From contig JBFFUI010000003.1 in NCBI GenBank assembly GCA_041571435.1, forward strand, positions 1 through 64,000: DNA of 64,000 nt. Direction: 5' to 3'. The stretch's first letter is position 1, and the number at the start of each line of letters is the position of its first letter. Made by a program: the position numbers and the translations under genes. The notes beneath the pieces are model-generated. The model saw only the letters and a list, made by a program, of their open reading frames with translations. It searched no databases and was not told the DNA's origin. Positions 20,281 through 31,309 of the stretch are shown here, one piece after another. The stretch comes from Sulfurimonadaceae bacterium. GTDB lineage: Bacteria; Campylobacterota; Campylobacteria; Campylobacterales; Sulfurimonadaceae.

Positions 20281-21141
20281 ATGGCAGTATTGAACAATAT
20301 TCTTGCGGCGATAGACACGTCCGTGATGGGTGATGAAGTGTTAAAAAGAGCGATCGCTCTGGCGAAAGAGGAAAAGGCACAGCTTACGGTCCTGCACAGC
20401 ATCGACATTCCGATGTTTGACAAGCTTTTCGGCGATGCCAATGGGGAGAAGGCGGTCCATGACAAAATTGCCGCCAAGATGGGCACCCTTGACAAGGATG
20501 CCGACGTCGAATACATCATCACTGTCACACGAGGCAAGCCTTCCGACGAAATCGTCTATGCGTCTGAAAGGCTTCAGAGTGATCTGATCATCATCGGGGC
20601 ACACGGCAAGAAGAGCATCAAAGATACTTTTTTCGGCTCCACGGCGCACCATGTCGCGCAGAAGAGCCACCGTCCGGTACTCATCATCAAACAACCTGTT
20701 ACAGGCGACTACAGCAATATATTGGCGTTGACCGACCTCTCCGAAGCCTCTAAAAAAAGTATACGCTTTACGCAACAGCTCTTTAAAGATGCCCCTTTGA
20801 ACATCTCCTATGCGTACACCCAGATCAGTGATTTGAGTGTGGATTTTTACAACCTTGAGACAGAAAGAGAGGCCAATAGAGAGCAGGTCAGAGCCCAGGT
20901 AGAAGAGGATGTCGAAGCCTTTCAGCAGAGTCTCGGTCTGGACAATACCGAGGTGATCGAAGGGTTTGACCCTGTCGGCGAGATGCTGCTGGATACGGCC
21001 GTAGAGCAGCAGAGCGATCTGGTCATACTCGGTACCCACGGCGTCAAAGTCACCGACACCGTTTTGTACGGCTCAACCGCCTCCTACCTGATGAAGAAGC
21101 TCCCCTCCGACGTATTGATCTATGTACCGTTAGAGAGGTAA
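20281..21141 (+). CDS. tandem universal stress protein
   Basis: Two USP domains: IIGAHG...FFGSTA..V...PVLII and ILGTHG...YGSTA...DVLI. Confidence 0.9.
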   Translation: MAVLNNILAAIDTSVMGDEVLKRAIALAKEEKAQLTVLHSIDIPMFDKLFGDANGEKAVHDKIAAKMGTLDKDADVEYIITVTRGKPSDEIVYASERLQSDLIIIGAHGKKSIKDTFFGSTAHHVAQKSHRPVLIIKQPVTGDYSNILALTDLSEASKKSIRFTQQLFKDAPLNISYAYTQISDLSVDFYNLETEREANREQVRAQVEEDVEAFQQSLGLDNTEVIEGFDPVGEMLLDTAVEQQSDLVILGTHGVKVTDTVLYGSTASYLMKKLPSDVLIYVPLER

Positions 21142-21155
21142 CGAACTCTCTATGC

Positions 21156-21175
21156 AGGCTGCATTGCAGCCTTTG
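21156..21175 (+). terminator. palindromic hairpin after usp
   Basis: AGGCTGCA-T-TGCAGCCT followed by only a short T run. Confidence 0.4.
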
Positions 21176-21294
21176 TCCCTCTCTATACTCGCCAATCCTA
21201 TTGCACTCTATCATCCCCATCTCTTGACTTTCATACGCTTCTGAGTTATCATGATTTATAACCATTTTTTATAACTCTACATAGAGGTTCAGAC

Positions 21295-22590
21295 ATGAGA
21301 GAGTTGCTGCTGCTCTTACTACTGTTGTTCTCACCGATATTTGCATCCGATTCGATCGTCCTAAAAGTAGCGATCACAGGGGCCATCGGTCCGGCAAGTT
21401 CCACCATCCTTAACGATGCGCTGACCTATGCGCAGGAGCAAAATGCCAATGCCCTGCTGATAGAGCTCGACACTCCGGGCGGCCTCTCCTCTTCCATGCG
21501 CGAGATGATCCAGGCCATCACCAACAGCCCCATTCCCGTCATCACCTATGTCGCACCGAGAGGTTCGCGTGCCGCGAGCGCCGGTACCTATCTGCTCTAT
21601 GCCTCGCATGTCGCAGCAATGTCGCCCGGGACCAATCTCGGTGCGGCAACACCCATCAGCCTGGTGCAGCCGCCCATGCAACCCGACAGCAACGTCAGCA
21701 CCTCTTCCACGGCCGAAAAAAAGGCGATCAACGACGCCATCGCCTACATTACCAGTCTGGCACAGATGAACGAGCGCAATGTCACCTGGGCGGTCAATGC
21801 CGTAGCATCAGCCGAAAGTCTCTCAGCCGTAGATGCGCTGAAACTCGGGGTCATCGATCTTATCGCCGACGACACGCAAGCGCTGCTTGAGAAAGTCGAC
21901 GGCAGAGATATAAAGCTCCTGGGAACAGCGGCCAAGCTGCACACCCAAAAGAGCCGCGTCATCACATTTGAAGCCGACTGGAAGAGCCGTCTTCTTGCCA
22001 TCATCACCGACCCGAACATCGCCTATATTTTGCTGCTCATTGCGATCTACGGTATCTTCTTCGAACTGATGAACCCGGGTGGGTTTGTCCCCGGGGTCAT
22101 AGGCGTTATTGCCGGTGTCATCGCGCTCTATGCCTTGAACATGATCCCTTTCAACTATGCCGGACTGCTGCTGATCCTTTTGGGTGTCAGCTTTATGGTC
22201 GCCGAAGTCTTTGTCTCAGGGTTCGGTGTTCTCGGTATCGGCGGGGTGATCGCTTTTGCCTTTGGCTCACTGCTGCTCTTTGATGCCGACACACTCGGCA
22301 GCAGTGTCTCGCTTGCACTGGTGATCGCCTTCAGTCTGGTCAGCCTCGTTTTTTTCATCCTGGTGATGCGCCTCTTTATACGTTCGCGCTCGGCCAGGGT
22401 GGTCAGCGGTGCTGAAGAGATGATCGGCGCTGTCGGCGAAGTGGTCGCTGCGGATGGCCATAGCTATCATGTCCACTGCCATGGTGAAACATGGCAGGCA
22501 ACAAGCGACAGCACCTTGCGTGTCGGGCAGAAAGTTCAGATCACCGAACGTAATGGCCTGACCGTCACTATTAAACCTCTTGAGGAGTAA
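21295..22590 (+). CDS. NfeD family membrane-bound serine protease (long form)
   Basis: ELDTPGG, RAASAG (Ser), PGTNLGAATP, KKAIND; TM bundle; C-terminal OB fold (HGETWQA). Confidence 0.92.
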   Translation: MRELLLLLLLLFSPIFASDSIVLKVAITGAIGPASSTILNDALTYAQEQNANALLIELDTPGGLSSSMREMIQAITNSPIPVITYVAPRGSRAASAGTYLLYASHVAAMSPGTNLGAATPISLVQPPMQPDSNVSTSSTAEKKAINDAIAYITSLAQMNERNVTWAVNAVASAESLSAVDALKLGVIDLIADDTQALLEKVDGRDIKLLGTAAKLHTQKSRVITFEADWKSRLLAIITDPNIAYILLLIAIYGIFFELMNPGGFVPGVIGVIAGVIALYALNMIPFNYAGLLLILLGVSFMVAEVFVSGFGVLGIGGVIAFAFGSLLLFDADTLGSSVSLALVIAFSLVSLVFFILVMRLFIRSRSARVVSGAEEMIGAVGEVVAADGHSYHVHCHGETWQATSDSTLRVGQKVQITERNGLTVTIKPLEE

Positions 22591-22593
22591 ACC

Positions 22594-23355
22594 ATGTTTT
22601 TAGACTTACCTATGATTACGGTCTATGTCACCGTCTTGCTGATCCTTCTGCTGGCGATGGCAATCCGTATTTTACGCGAATATGAGCGCGGCGTCATCTT
22701 TACACTCGGACGTTTTACCGGTGTCAAAGGGCCGGGGCTCATTATCCTTGTCCCTTTCATTCAACAGATGGTAAGAGTCGACCTCCGTATTATCGTCCTC
22801 GATGTACCGACGCAGGATGTCATCTCGCACGACAACGTCTCGGTCCATGTCAACGCCGTCGTCTACTACCGTGTGCTTGATCCGGAAAAAGCGATCATCC
22901 AGGTGGAGAACTTCAATGCCGCGACCAGTCAGCTCGCACAGACAACGCTGCGTTCTGTCCTGGGCGGGCATGAACTCGATGAGATGCTGGCCGAACGCGA
23001 AAGGCTCAACTACGATATTCAGGAGATCCTCGACAAGCAGACCGATGCCTGGGGGATCAAGATATCCAACGTCGAGATCAAACATATCGACCTCGACGAA
23101 AGCATGGTCCGCGCCATTGCCAAACAGGCCGAGGCCGAACGCGAACGCCGTGCGAAAGTGATCAATGCCAAAGGGGAACTCGAAGCGAGTGAAAACCTGC
23201 TGGCAGCGGCCGACAAACTCAGTCAAAACGACCTCGGTATCCAGCTGCGCTATCTGCAGACCATGAACGATATTGCCAACGACAAAACCAACACCATCGT
23301 CTTTCCGTTTCCTACAGAGCTGAAAAAGTTTTTTAAAAACGCTGCCAAAGAGTAG
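22594..23355 (+). CDS. SPFH/stomatin (slipin) family protein
   Basis: [53 protein letters not shown]. Confidence 0.93.
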   Translation: MFLDLPMITVYVTVLLILLLAMAIRILREYERGVIFTLGRFTGVKGPGLIILVPFIQQMVRVDLRIIVLDVPTQDVISHDNVSVHVNAVVYYRVLDPEKAIIQVENFNAATSQLAQTTLRSVLGGHELDEMLAERERLNYDIQEILDKQTDAWGIKISNVEIKHIDLDESMVRAIAKQAEAERERRAKVINAKGELEASENLLAAADKLSQNDLGIQLRYLQTMNDIANDKTNTIVFPFPTELKKFFKNAAKE

Positions 23356-23361
23356 GAGAGA

Positions 23362-24579
23362 ATGAGCGCACCGCAGCATCTGCTTCGTAAAATATCGATG
23401 CCCATGCTGCTTTTTTACGGACTGGGCAACATCCTGGGTGCAGGTATCTATGTCCTGATCGCTGAAGTTGCCAACACCGCCGGTATGTACGCCCCGTTCT
23501 CATTTTTGGTCGCGCTCATCATCGTCTCGTTCACCGCACTGAGCTACGCCGAACTGGTCTCACGCTATCCTGATGCGGCCGGCGTCGCCCTCTATGTCAA
23601 AAAAGGACTGGGTTCGACCAGACTCTCAGTCATCGTCGGTCTGACGATCGCCTTGGCCGCTTTGATCTCTGCCGCGACCATAGCGAGAGGTTTCACCGGT
23701 TATATGCAAGAGCTACTTCCTGTACCGGAGTGGCTCTCGCTGATCGTACTGATCGCTATTCTGACGCTTATCGCCGTCTGGGGCATAGGCGAATCGGTTG
23801 CCATTGCTGTCACACTCACCTTCATAGAGATCGGCGGACTGCTTTTGATTCTATGGATCGGACTGCCGGTCTTACCGACGCTTCCAGAGAGAGCGCTTGA
23901 ACTGATGCCCCCACTGGAGTTGGGTGTCTGGCATGCTATCGCCCTGGGAGGCTTTTTGGCCTTCTATGCCTTTCTGGGTTTTGAAGATATGGTCAATATC
24001 GCCGAAGAGGTAAAAGCCCCGGAGCGCACTTACCCTAAAGCGATCATGCTCGCTCTCGTCATTGCAACACTGCTCTATCTGTGCATATCACTGGTCAGTG
24101 TGTTGCTGCTCTCTTCTGAGCAACTTGCCACGACTGAGGCCCCCTTTGCAGCCATCTACGAACAGGCCACCGGGCAGAAGGCTACGTTGATTTCAGTGAT
24201 CGGTACCTTTGCCATTATCAACGGGGCACTGATACAGATCATCATGGCCTCGCGCATGGTCTATGGCATCAGTAAAAGGGGCTGGCTGCCTTCCCCTCTC
24301 GCCTATGTCAGTGCAACAAGAAAGACACCGGTCGCCGCAACGCTTCTTGTCAGCGCGATCACCTTGACCTTTGCCCTCTGGCTACCGCTGGTCACACTGG
24401 CTAAACTGACAAGTTTTCTGATTTTGATCGTCTTTACCGTCGTAAACCTGGCCCTGATGCGCATTAAACGCCGCGATCCCGACCCCAAAGGCATCTACCG
24501 CGTTCCCTTCTGGGTTCCCCTTACCGGTTTTGTTATCAATATACTGTTTTTTGGGGTACAGCTCCTCTCGATCCAGTGA
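23362..24579 (+). CDS. APC family amino acid permease
   Basis: GNILGAGIY, SYAEL, FYAFLGFE...AEE; about 12 hydrophobic segments. Confidence 0.9.
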   Translation: MSAPQHLLRKISMPMLLFYGLGNILGAGIYVLIAEVANTAGMYAPFSFLVALIIVSFTALSYAELVSRYPDAAGVALYVKKGLGSTRLSVIVGLTIALAALISAATIARGFTGYMQELLPVPEWLSLIVLIAILTLIAVWGIGESVAIAVTLTFIEIGGLLLILWIGLPVLPTLPERALELMPPLELGVWHAIALGGFLAFYAFLGFEDMVNIAEEVKAPERTYPKAIMLALVIATLLYLCISLVSVLLLSSEQLATTEAPFAAIYEQATGQKATLISVIGTFAIINGALIQIIMASRMVYGISKRGWLPSPLAYVSATRKTPVAATLLVSAITLTFALWLPLVTLAKLTSFLILIVFTVVNLALMRIKRRDPDPKGIYRVPFWVPLTGFVINILFFGVQLLSIQ

Positions 24580-24665
24580 TGATCTACGTCACTGCAATGC
24601 GTCGCATGCCCTTGAAAATGTGGTAAAATAGTAGAGCTTTACTCTGCTTCAAGAAAGGAGATGAT

Positions 24666-25157
24666 ATGTCGATCGATAACGATACAACGCGTTCGCTGCC
24701 TGCATTTATCGCAGACTGTCATCTTGGGAAGTTGGCAAGATATCTCCGCCTCGTAGGCTTTGACACCCTCTATTTTTCAAAGATGGATGACAACGATCTT
24801 ATCGCCCTTGCCATCGAAAGCGGGCGTATCATTTTGACCCACGACAAGGCCCTTGCCAAACGTCAAAATGTGCCGGTCTTCCTGTTAGAGCCTAAAGAGA
24901 CCAGGGAGCAGCTAAAAACCGTACTCAACCATTTTGACCTATCCGAACGCCCCGCTGCGTTTAGCCGCTGCATCGTCTGCAACACCCCGCTCGAAGTCGT
25001 GGACAAAGCCGATGTGATGCACCGCCTTCCCGAGAAGGTCAAACGCTGTTTTTCACATTTTGAGTACTGCCGCGTATGTGACCGCATCTATTGGCACGGT
25101 GACCACTACCGGCATATGAAACAGTTTCTTAAAAGCGTCTACCCAGCAGCAAAATAG
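24666..25157 (+). CDS. Mut7-C RNase domain protein
   Basis: FIADCHLGKLARYLRL.GFDT, RC..CN, C..C.RIYW.G.H. Confidence 0.88.
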   Translation: MSIDNDTTRSLPAFIADCHLGKLARYLRLVGFDTLYFSKMDDNDLIALAIESGRIILTHDKALAKRQNVPVFLLEPKETREQLKTVLNHFDLSERPAAFSRCIVCNTPLEVVDKADVMHRLPEKVKRCFSHFEYCRVCDRIYWHGDHYRHMKQFLKSVYPAAK

Positions 25158-25162
25158 TTTCA

Positions 25163-27604
25163 CTACTTTTTACTGCCGCTCTTCTCCTGATGTGCGATCG
25201 GCTTTGGTCTCTCTTTTTTCGGATGCTGGAACTCTCTCGCTTTTTCCGAAAGCGCTTGCAGACGTGCAACGATCTTGCCATTAACGGAAGCGGATGGGAA
25301 GTTCCCCTTTTTATCTGCCGTACCGGCTTCAACGCCGGTCAGGATCGTTATCCCCTCATCGATGCTTTTGACATCATAAATAACGAACTTCCCTTTTTCA
25401 ACAGCTTCAAGGATCTCTGCTTTCAGCATCAGATGTTTGACATTGGCATGCGGAATAATGACGCCGTATGACGCTTCAGGGTCCTTGCGCATACAGATAT
25501 CGAAAAAGCCTTCTATCTTCTCATTGACGCCGCCGATAGCCTGAATCTCACCGAACTGGTTGACCGATCCGGTCACAGCGATGTTCTGTTTGATCGGCAA
25601 GCCGGAGATCGAAGAGAGCAGTGCGTAGAGTTCGGTTGATGATGCACTGTCGCCTTCGATCATCCCGTAGGACTGTTCAAAGACGAGTGAAGCCGAGAGG
25701 CTCAAAGGCATATCCGAAGCATATCTTGAACCGATATAGGCACTCAGGATCATCACTCCTTTAGAGTGAATGGGACCGCCGAGCTCCACTTTACGTTCAA
25801 TGTCGATGATCTCGCCTTTGCCGATGCGGGTTCTGGCGGTGATGCGGACAGGGAGGCCGAAATGGTAGCTGTCCATCGAGATAAAGGTCAGTGCATTGAT
25901 CTGTCCGATGGCGCTGCCGTCGAGATTGATCATGATCGTCCCCTCGTCGATCTGCTCATAGAGTCTCATCTGGATACGGTTCTGACGTTTGATCTTGGCA
26001 TTGATCGCCTGCTCGATATCGATTTTTTCGATGACCTTGTGCGCGCCTTTTTTCGACCAGTAATCTGCCTCTTTCAAAAGGTCGGCAAGCGTTCCGAGAT
26101 GCGTCGAGAACTTTGCACTGTGCGAGACATCGCGCGAACTCTGTTCGATGACACGCGCAACGGCGCCCGGGCTAAGCGGATGCAGGTCATGCCGCTTCGC
26201 AATAGTACCTATCATGCGGGCATAGAGCTGGAGGTTCTCTTCACTTCGTGGCATATTATCTTCAAAATCGACACTCACTTTGAAGAGCTCTTTAAAGTCC
26301 GGGTCGTAATGATGCAGCAAGTAGTAGAATATACGTTCGCCGATCAGTACGACTTTGACATTGAGCGGGATCGGTTCGGGTTCAAGCGACGTGGTACTGA
26401 TGAGGGAGTACTGCTGTGCCAGCGATTCGATACGTATCTCCTTGGAACGCAGAACGCGCTTGAGCCCTTCGTAGGCGAAAGGCTGCATCAGCAGTTTTCG
26501 GGCATCTAGTACCAGATACCCGCCGTTAGCCTTGTGCAGTGCGCCCGGTTTGATCATACTGAAGTCTGTCACCAGCGTACCGACCTGTGAGACATGTTCG
26601 ATCCGGCCTATAAGGTTCTGATAGATCGGATTATCTTCATAGATGACCGGTGCCGTACTCTTTTCCTCGTGCGAAATAAAACGGTTGACCTTGTAGCGCG
26701 TAAACGAGGGGGTATAAAACTCCTGCATGAACGGTGGCATGCCCATCTCTTCGGGTTTGACCAAAAAGTCCCTGACATGGCGGATCACATCATCTTGAAG
26801 TGCGTCAAGATAATCAACGATCTTCTGGACACCGCCATACTTTCCTCGCAACTCGTCAATCAGTGACTCAACGGCCTCCTGTGTGATTTTCCGGTCGAGT
26901 GCTTTAAACTCTTTTTGCTGCCCTTTGTTGAGTTCACCCACCTTGTGAAGTTCCTCTTTGACGATGAGTTCAAACTCGCTCATCTTACGGTTGATCTCCT
27001 CTTTTTGCTTCCCTTTTATGGCCTTGAACTCTTCTGCTGAGACTATTTTGCCATCAATCTCCGGTACGAACGTAACCCGACTGGCAGAAGAGACATTCAT
27101 CGCGACATCGTGCTTCTTGGCCTCCTCTTGCAGATGCTCAAATATCTCTGTCTGTGCACGGATGTATTTCTGATTGATCATCTCCCGTTGGTTGCGATAG
27201 TTATCACTCTCAAACACAGCCGGAAGGATCGCTTTTAAAAGCTCGATAAGCTCATCCATATCATATTGGAACTGCAGTGCTTTTCCCGACGGAAGTTCGA
27301 TGGCGATCGGCGAACGCTGATCTTTAAAGTTGTTGACATAACACCAGTCATTGGGTACGGCTTCGCCCTCTGACTTCTTCTCCAGAAATGTCATTATGGC
27401 CGAGTGTTTACCGCTCCCCGAAGGCCCCATAGCAAAGAGGTTGTAACCGTCTTGTTGGATGTTGACACCAAAATCAACCGACTCAAAAGCGTTCTCCTGC
27501 CCGATAGGTTGTTCAAGCAGTTCCAGTTCTTCCGTCGTCGTAAATGAAAAAAGCGCCGGATCACAACTGTAATAGAGTGCGGAGACGTTCAGTGGACTGT
27601 TCAT
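25163..27604 (-). CDS. Lon-like AAA protease (soluble LonB/LonC type)
   Basis: IGQ, GPSGSGK, PGALHKANGGYL, FEQSY..IEGDSAS (Ser), TGSVNQ.G..QAIGGVNEK (Lys). Confidence 0.9.
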   Translation of the reverse strand: MNSPLNVSALYYSCDPALFSFTTTEELELLEQPIGQENAFESVDFGVNIQQDGYNLFAMGPSGSGKHSAIMTFLEKKSEGEAVPNDWCYVNNFKDQRSPIAIELPSGKALQFQYDMDELIELLKAILPAVFESDNYRNQREMINQKYIRAQTEIFEHLQEEAKKHDVAMNVSSASRVTFVPEIDGKIVSAEEFKAIKGKQKEEINRKMSEFELIVKEELHKVGELNKGQQKEFKALDRKITQEAVESLIDELRGKYGGVQKIVDYLDALQDDVIRHVRDFLVKPEEMGMPPFMQEFYTPSFTRYKVNRFISHEEKSTAPVIYEDNPIYQNLIGRIEHVSQVGTLVTDFSMIKPGALHKANGGYLVLDARKLLMQPFAYEGLKRVLRSKEIRIESLAQQYSLISTTSLEPEPIPLNVKVVLIGERIFYYLLHHYDPDFKELFKVSVDFEDNMPRSEENLQLYARMIGTIAKRHDLHPLSPGAVARVIEQSSRDVSHSAKFSTHLGTLADLLKEADYWSKKGAHKVIEKIDIEQAINAKIKRQNRIQMRLYEQIDEGTIMINLDGSAIGQINALTFISMDSYHFGLPVRITARTRIGKGEIIDIERKVELGGPIHSKGVMILSAYIGSRYASDMPLSLSASLVFEQSYGMIEGDSASSTELYALLSSISGLPIKQNIAVTGSVNQFGEIQAIGGVNEKIEGFFDICMRKDPEASYGVIIPHANVKHLMLKAEILEAVEKGKFVIYDVKSIDEGITILTGVEAGTADKKGNFPSASVNGKIVARLQALSEKAREFQHPKKERPKPIAHQEKSGSKK

Positions 27605-27883
27605 GTTCTACCTTTTCAAAAAGTGATTAAAATAACGCATGTTTCTAAAGTATAGCGTAAAGATTCAGGGATTATATTGAGCGAGGCATGACCGCATCAC
27701 GTAGGGAGAAGGTCTTGCCATCAGGGGGCAGACATTGATCGCGGCATCCGGAGTGATCAGCTCGGCGCTGCCCACACTGTTTCAGCTGTTGTGTTTCTCA
27801 GTTTTTTTTAAACAAAAAAGAACCCGATGTTATTTTTTTAATAAGTACAGTGTATAATTAAAGTAGCTAAGTCAGGAGTATGA

Positions 27884-28804
27884 ATGTATCGATTAAAAAG
27901 AGGGATCATTGTTCTTCTATTCTTTTTTGCCACAATGGCGAGTGCTTCGGGCCAACACCTCAAGACAATCGCTTTTGCCCAGGACAATATGGCCAACGAT
28001 TTCCGAAAGGCGCAAGTCTTCGAAGTCAGAGATGCCATCAAAAAACACCCGGGCCTTATATTCGTCCATTCTGATGCCAAAGGGCGGACCTCGCTCCTGA
28101 TCCGTCACATCGAGCAGTTTATCGACGCCGATCTGGACCTGCTCATTGTCGGAACGAATCATGCCGATGCCGTTGTCCCTGTTGTCTCTAAAGCCTATCT
28201 GCAGGGGATACCGGTGATCGTCCTTGATCGCGGTATCAACACCCTTGACTATACGACCTTTATCAATTCGGACAACATCAACATAGGCAAGATGGCAGCC
28301 CAATATCTTGCTGAAAAACTCAACAAAAAAGGGCGTATTCTGCTTTTTGAGGGGTTGAAAGAGGCGGATGTAACGCAGCTGAGAACCCAGGGTTTTATGG
28401 CTGAGATCGCTAAATACAAAGATATCGACGTCATCAAAAGAACCGGGAACTACCTGCGCAGGGATGCCATCTTCGAGATGGAGAAACTCCTAGAGAGCGG
28501 TGAACACATCGATGCCATCTTCTCCGAAAGTGACAGCATGTTAAGCGGTGTACGTTTAGTGTTGGAGCGTCACCACATTGATCCGGCATCTATTATCACG
28601 ATAGGGTGTGACTACACCCGCGAAGCTAGAGAAGCGATCAGGGCCGGAACGCAAAGTGCCTCCATCCTCTTTCCGCTGGGAGGAGATCAATCCGTTGATG
28701 TCGCGTTAAAGATCTTGGCAAAGGAGAAGGTCCCGAAACATATTGTCATTCCGGTTAAACTGGTAACCCAACACAATGTCGAAGAGATAGGCCCCATTTT
28801 TTAA
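27884..28804 (+). CDS. RbsB/TorT-like periplasmic binding protein
   Basis: Signal peptide; N.FR, GIPVIVLDR, SDN..IG..AA.YL, R..GF, G.D; stop overlaps next ATG (TAATG). Confidence 0.85.
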   Translation: MYRLKRGIIVLLFFFATMASASGQHLKTIAFAQDNMANDFRKAQVFEVRDAIKKHPGLIFVHSDAKGRTSLLIRHIEQFIDADLDLLIVGTNHADAVVPVVSKAYLQGIPVIVLDRGINTLDYTTFINSDNINIGKMAAQYLAEKLNKKGRILLFEGLKEADVTQLRTQGFMAEIAKYKDIDVIKRTGNYLRRDAIFEMEKLLESGEHIDAIFSESDSMLSGVRLVLERHHIDPASIITIGCDYTREAREAIRAGTQSASILFPLGGDQSVDVALKILAKEKVPKHIVIPVKLVTQHNVEEIGPIF

Positions 28805-31284
28805 TGAATAAATTAAACCTCTCAAATAAACTCTCGCTGCTTCTCGTTCTTGCCGTTCTTCTCTCCACCGGTATTCTGGGATTCTATTTTGACAACTTTT
28901 TAAAAGACGATTATCTGCAAAGTACCAAAAAACGGATGAACCACGGCTACCATCGTCTTGCCGCCGATCTTACAAAAATTGAAGACGAGCTCAAACAGGG
29001 GATCGCCTTTATTGAAACGGATGAGAACATCCTTGCCTCGATCGACCTGATCAACAACTATCAGGATAAAGAGAGCTACCAAGCCGTTTTACTTGATGAA
29101 GAAAAAAAGAACATTGCCCAACAACTGCTTTCCAAGGTCAAACTCTCACTCAACGACGACATCTCCCTCTATGACAAGCATCAAGAGCTGATCGCTTTTG
29201 TCTTTAGGGAAAACAATACGTACCATCTTAATTTCGTATCATACGAAAACGGTGCAAAGGTACTCTACAGTAAAAACGAGGACGATGACCACTATGCCAG
29301 GGTACCTTTTCAAGAACACCCCTTTATACAGTTCGAACATGTCTCATACTATGGTAAGGATGATAAAGTCAACAACATCATCATCACCTACCACCTTTAT
29401 AAAAACGATATTGTCATCAAATCACACCACAGCATCATGGACAGTTCCAGAGAGAACCTCCTCGCCCATATCGAGATGTCCCATGAGCTCGGTGATACCT
29501 ATCTTGCCAATCTTTCCGATGACCTTGACATGCATATCGCTGCCACCAAGAATGCTCAATACGCACCACTGGCCCAACCCCTTCTGACGGACAAGTGGAG
29601 TGATCAGATCAAGATCAGACATACCCGCGAAGATTACTACGGTGTCGCCAGCATTAAAACACAAGACGGCCATATCTATCTCGTCACCACGTTAAACAAA
29701 GCCCTCCTGAACTCGTCCCTCAACGACAACAGAAGAAAGTTCCTGATCCTTCTGTTACTTGTCGCCGGTGCGATGCTGGTCATACTGCGTTTTCTATTGG
29801 CAAAAGGGCTCTCAAAACCCTTAGAGACCTTGATGGTACAGATCAATAAGATCGATAAAGGCGATTACTCCAGGTCGACACCGGTCCATACAGGCGACGA
29901 ACTTGAGATGATCTCCAAAAATGTAAACAACTTGGCAACAACGATCCAGGAGCGCGAATCCGCGCTCGAGAAATCACAGGAGAACTTGGCCTACCTTTCG
30001 CATCATGACGAACTGACCGATCTGCCGAATCGCCGACTCTTTTCACTCCAGCTTGAACACGCACTCAACCTCGCAAAACGAAAACAGACCAAACTGGCGG
30101 TCCTCTTTCTTGATATTGACTATTTCAAACATATCAACGATACCCTGGGACACGACGTCGGTGACCTACTGCTGAAGAGTGTCTCCCTGCGTCTCAAAGA
30201 GTCCCTGCGCAGTGCCGATACACTGGCACGGATCGGTGGTGACGAGTTTAACATTCTGATCGAAGAGATCGACGATATTGAAGAGGTCAACACTATCGCC
30301 AAGAAACTGCTGGAAGATTTTAAGGCTCCTTTCTTCTGCAGTGACGAGGAGATCAATATCACCGTCAGTGTCGGTGTCGCTCTCTATCCAACTGACGGAG
30401 ATAGCAGCGTATCACTGATAAAAAATGCGGATCTCGCCTTGTACCGTTCAAAAGAGAAAGGGCGAAACCGCTACAGCTTTTACTCAAAAAAGTTCTCGGA
30501 CATTCTCGAAGAACGGACCATGCAGATCAATGCCATGCGCTCTGCCATAGATAAAGGTGATGAGTTTACGCTTCTCTACCAGCCGAAGATCTCTCTGCTA
30601 AGCGAAGAGGTAACCGCTGTCGAAGCATTGATACGCTGGAACAGTCCCGAGTTAGGGTCCATACCTACGGATCAGTTTATCAAGCTTGCCGAAGAGACCG
30701 AACTCATCATCCCGGTAGGGACATGGGTACTGCAGCAGGCCTGTAGAGATTTTATGATTATGCAGCATCAGGGGTGCCAACTCGACCACATCAGTATCAA
30801 CATTTCCAATATACAGCTCAAAGATGCCTCGATCATCGACACACTGCAAGATGTTGTCTCGGCAACGGGTATTCTGCCGCATCAGATAGAGTTGGAGATC
30901 ACCGAGAGCTATATCGCATCTAACAAACGCAAGGTCATGGAGACACTGCACGGCATCAGAGAGATGGGTCTGCATATGGCTATCGATGACTTCGGTACCG
31001 GGTACTCCTCTATGAGCTACCTGCAAAAACTTCCGGTAACGCGCTTGAAGATCGACAAATCATTTGTTGACGGTCTGCCGGATTCTACAGAAAACCTTGC
31101 CATTACCAAAGCGATCATCGCGCTGGCCAAGACCTTCGATCTTAAAATCACGGCGGAAGGTGTCGAGACGGAAGCACAGATGAAGCTCTTGAAAAAGGAA
31201 CAGTGTGATGAAGCGCAGGGCTATTATTATGCCAAACCGCTGAGCATTGAGGACTTTACAGCCTATTACCACAGCAGTAAATAA
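28804..31284 (+). CDS. membrane HAMP-GGDEF-EAL c-di-GMP enzyme
   Basis: Two TM segments flanking a periplasmic region; HAMP (PL..L...GDELE); RSAD..RIGGDEF; VEALIRW, EITES, IDDFGTGYSS, KIDKSF, AEGVE, QGYY. Confidence 0.93.
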   Translation: MNKLNLSNKLSLLLVLAVLLSTGILGFYFDNFLKDDYLQSTKKRMNHGYHRLAADLTKIEDELKQGIAFIETDENILASIDLINNYQDKESYQAVLLDEEKKNIAQQLLSKVKLSLNDDISLYDKHQELIAFVFRENNTYHLNFVSYENGAKVLYSKNEDDDHYARVPFQEHPFIQFEHVSYYGKDDKVNNIIITYHLYKNDIVIKSHHSIMDSSRENLLAHIEMSHELGDTYLANLSDDLDMHIAATKNAQYAPLAQPLLTDKWSDQIKIRHTREDYYGVASIKTQDGHIYLVTTLNKALLNSSLNDNRRKFLILLLLVAGAMLVILRFLLAKGLSKPLETLMVQINKIDKGDYSRSTPVHTGDELEMISKNVNNLATTIQERESALEKSQENLAYLSHHDELTDLPNRRLFSLQLEHALNLAKRKQTKLAVLFLDIDYFKHINDTLGHDVGDLLLKSVSLRLKESLRSADTLARIGGDEFNILIEEIDDIEEVNTIAKKLLEDFKAPFFCSDEEINITVSVGVALYPTDGDSSVSLIKNADLALYRSKEKGRNRYSFYSKKFSDILEERTMQINAMRSAIDKGDEFTLLYQPKISLLSEEVTAVEALIRWNSPELGSIPTDQFIKLAEETELIIPVGTWVLQQACRDFMIMQHQGCQLDHISINISNIQLKDASIIDTLQDVVSATGILPHQIELEITESYIASNKRKVMETLHGIREMGLHMAIDDFGTGYSSMSYLQKLPVTRLKIDKSFVDGLPDSTENLAITKAIIALAKTFDLKITAEGVETEAQMKLLKKEQCDEAQGYYYAKPLSIEDFTAYYHSSK

Positions 31285-31309
31285 TACTTTTATACGCGGT
31301 AAAACCAGC

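Noticed and set aside
27680-27800. GC-rich intergenic stretch, possible gene remnant or RNA
   Set aside because: The frames I translated are interrupted and I recognised no motif or convincing structure.
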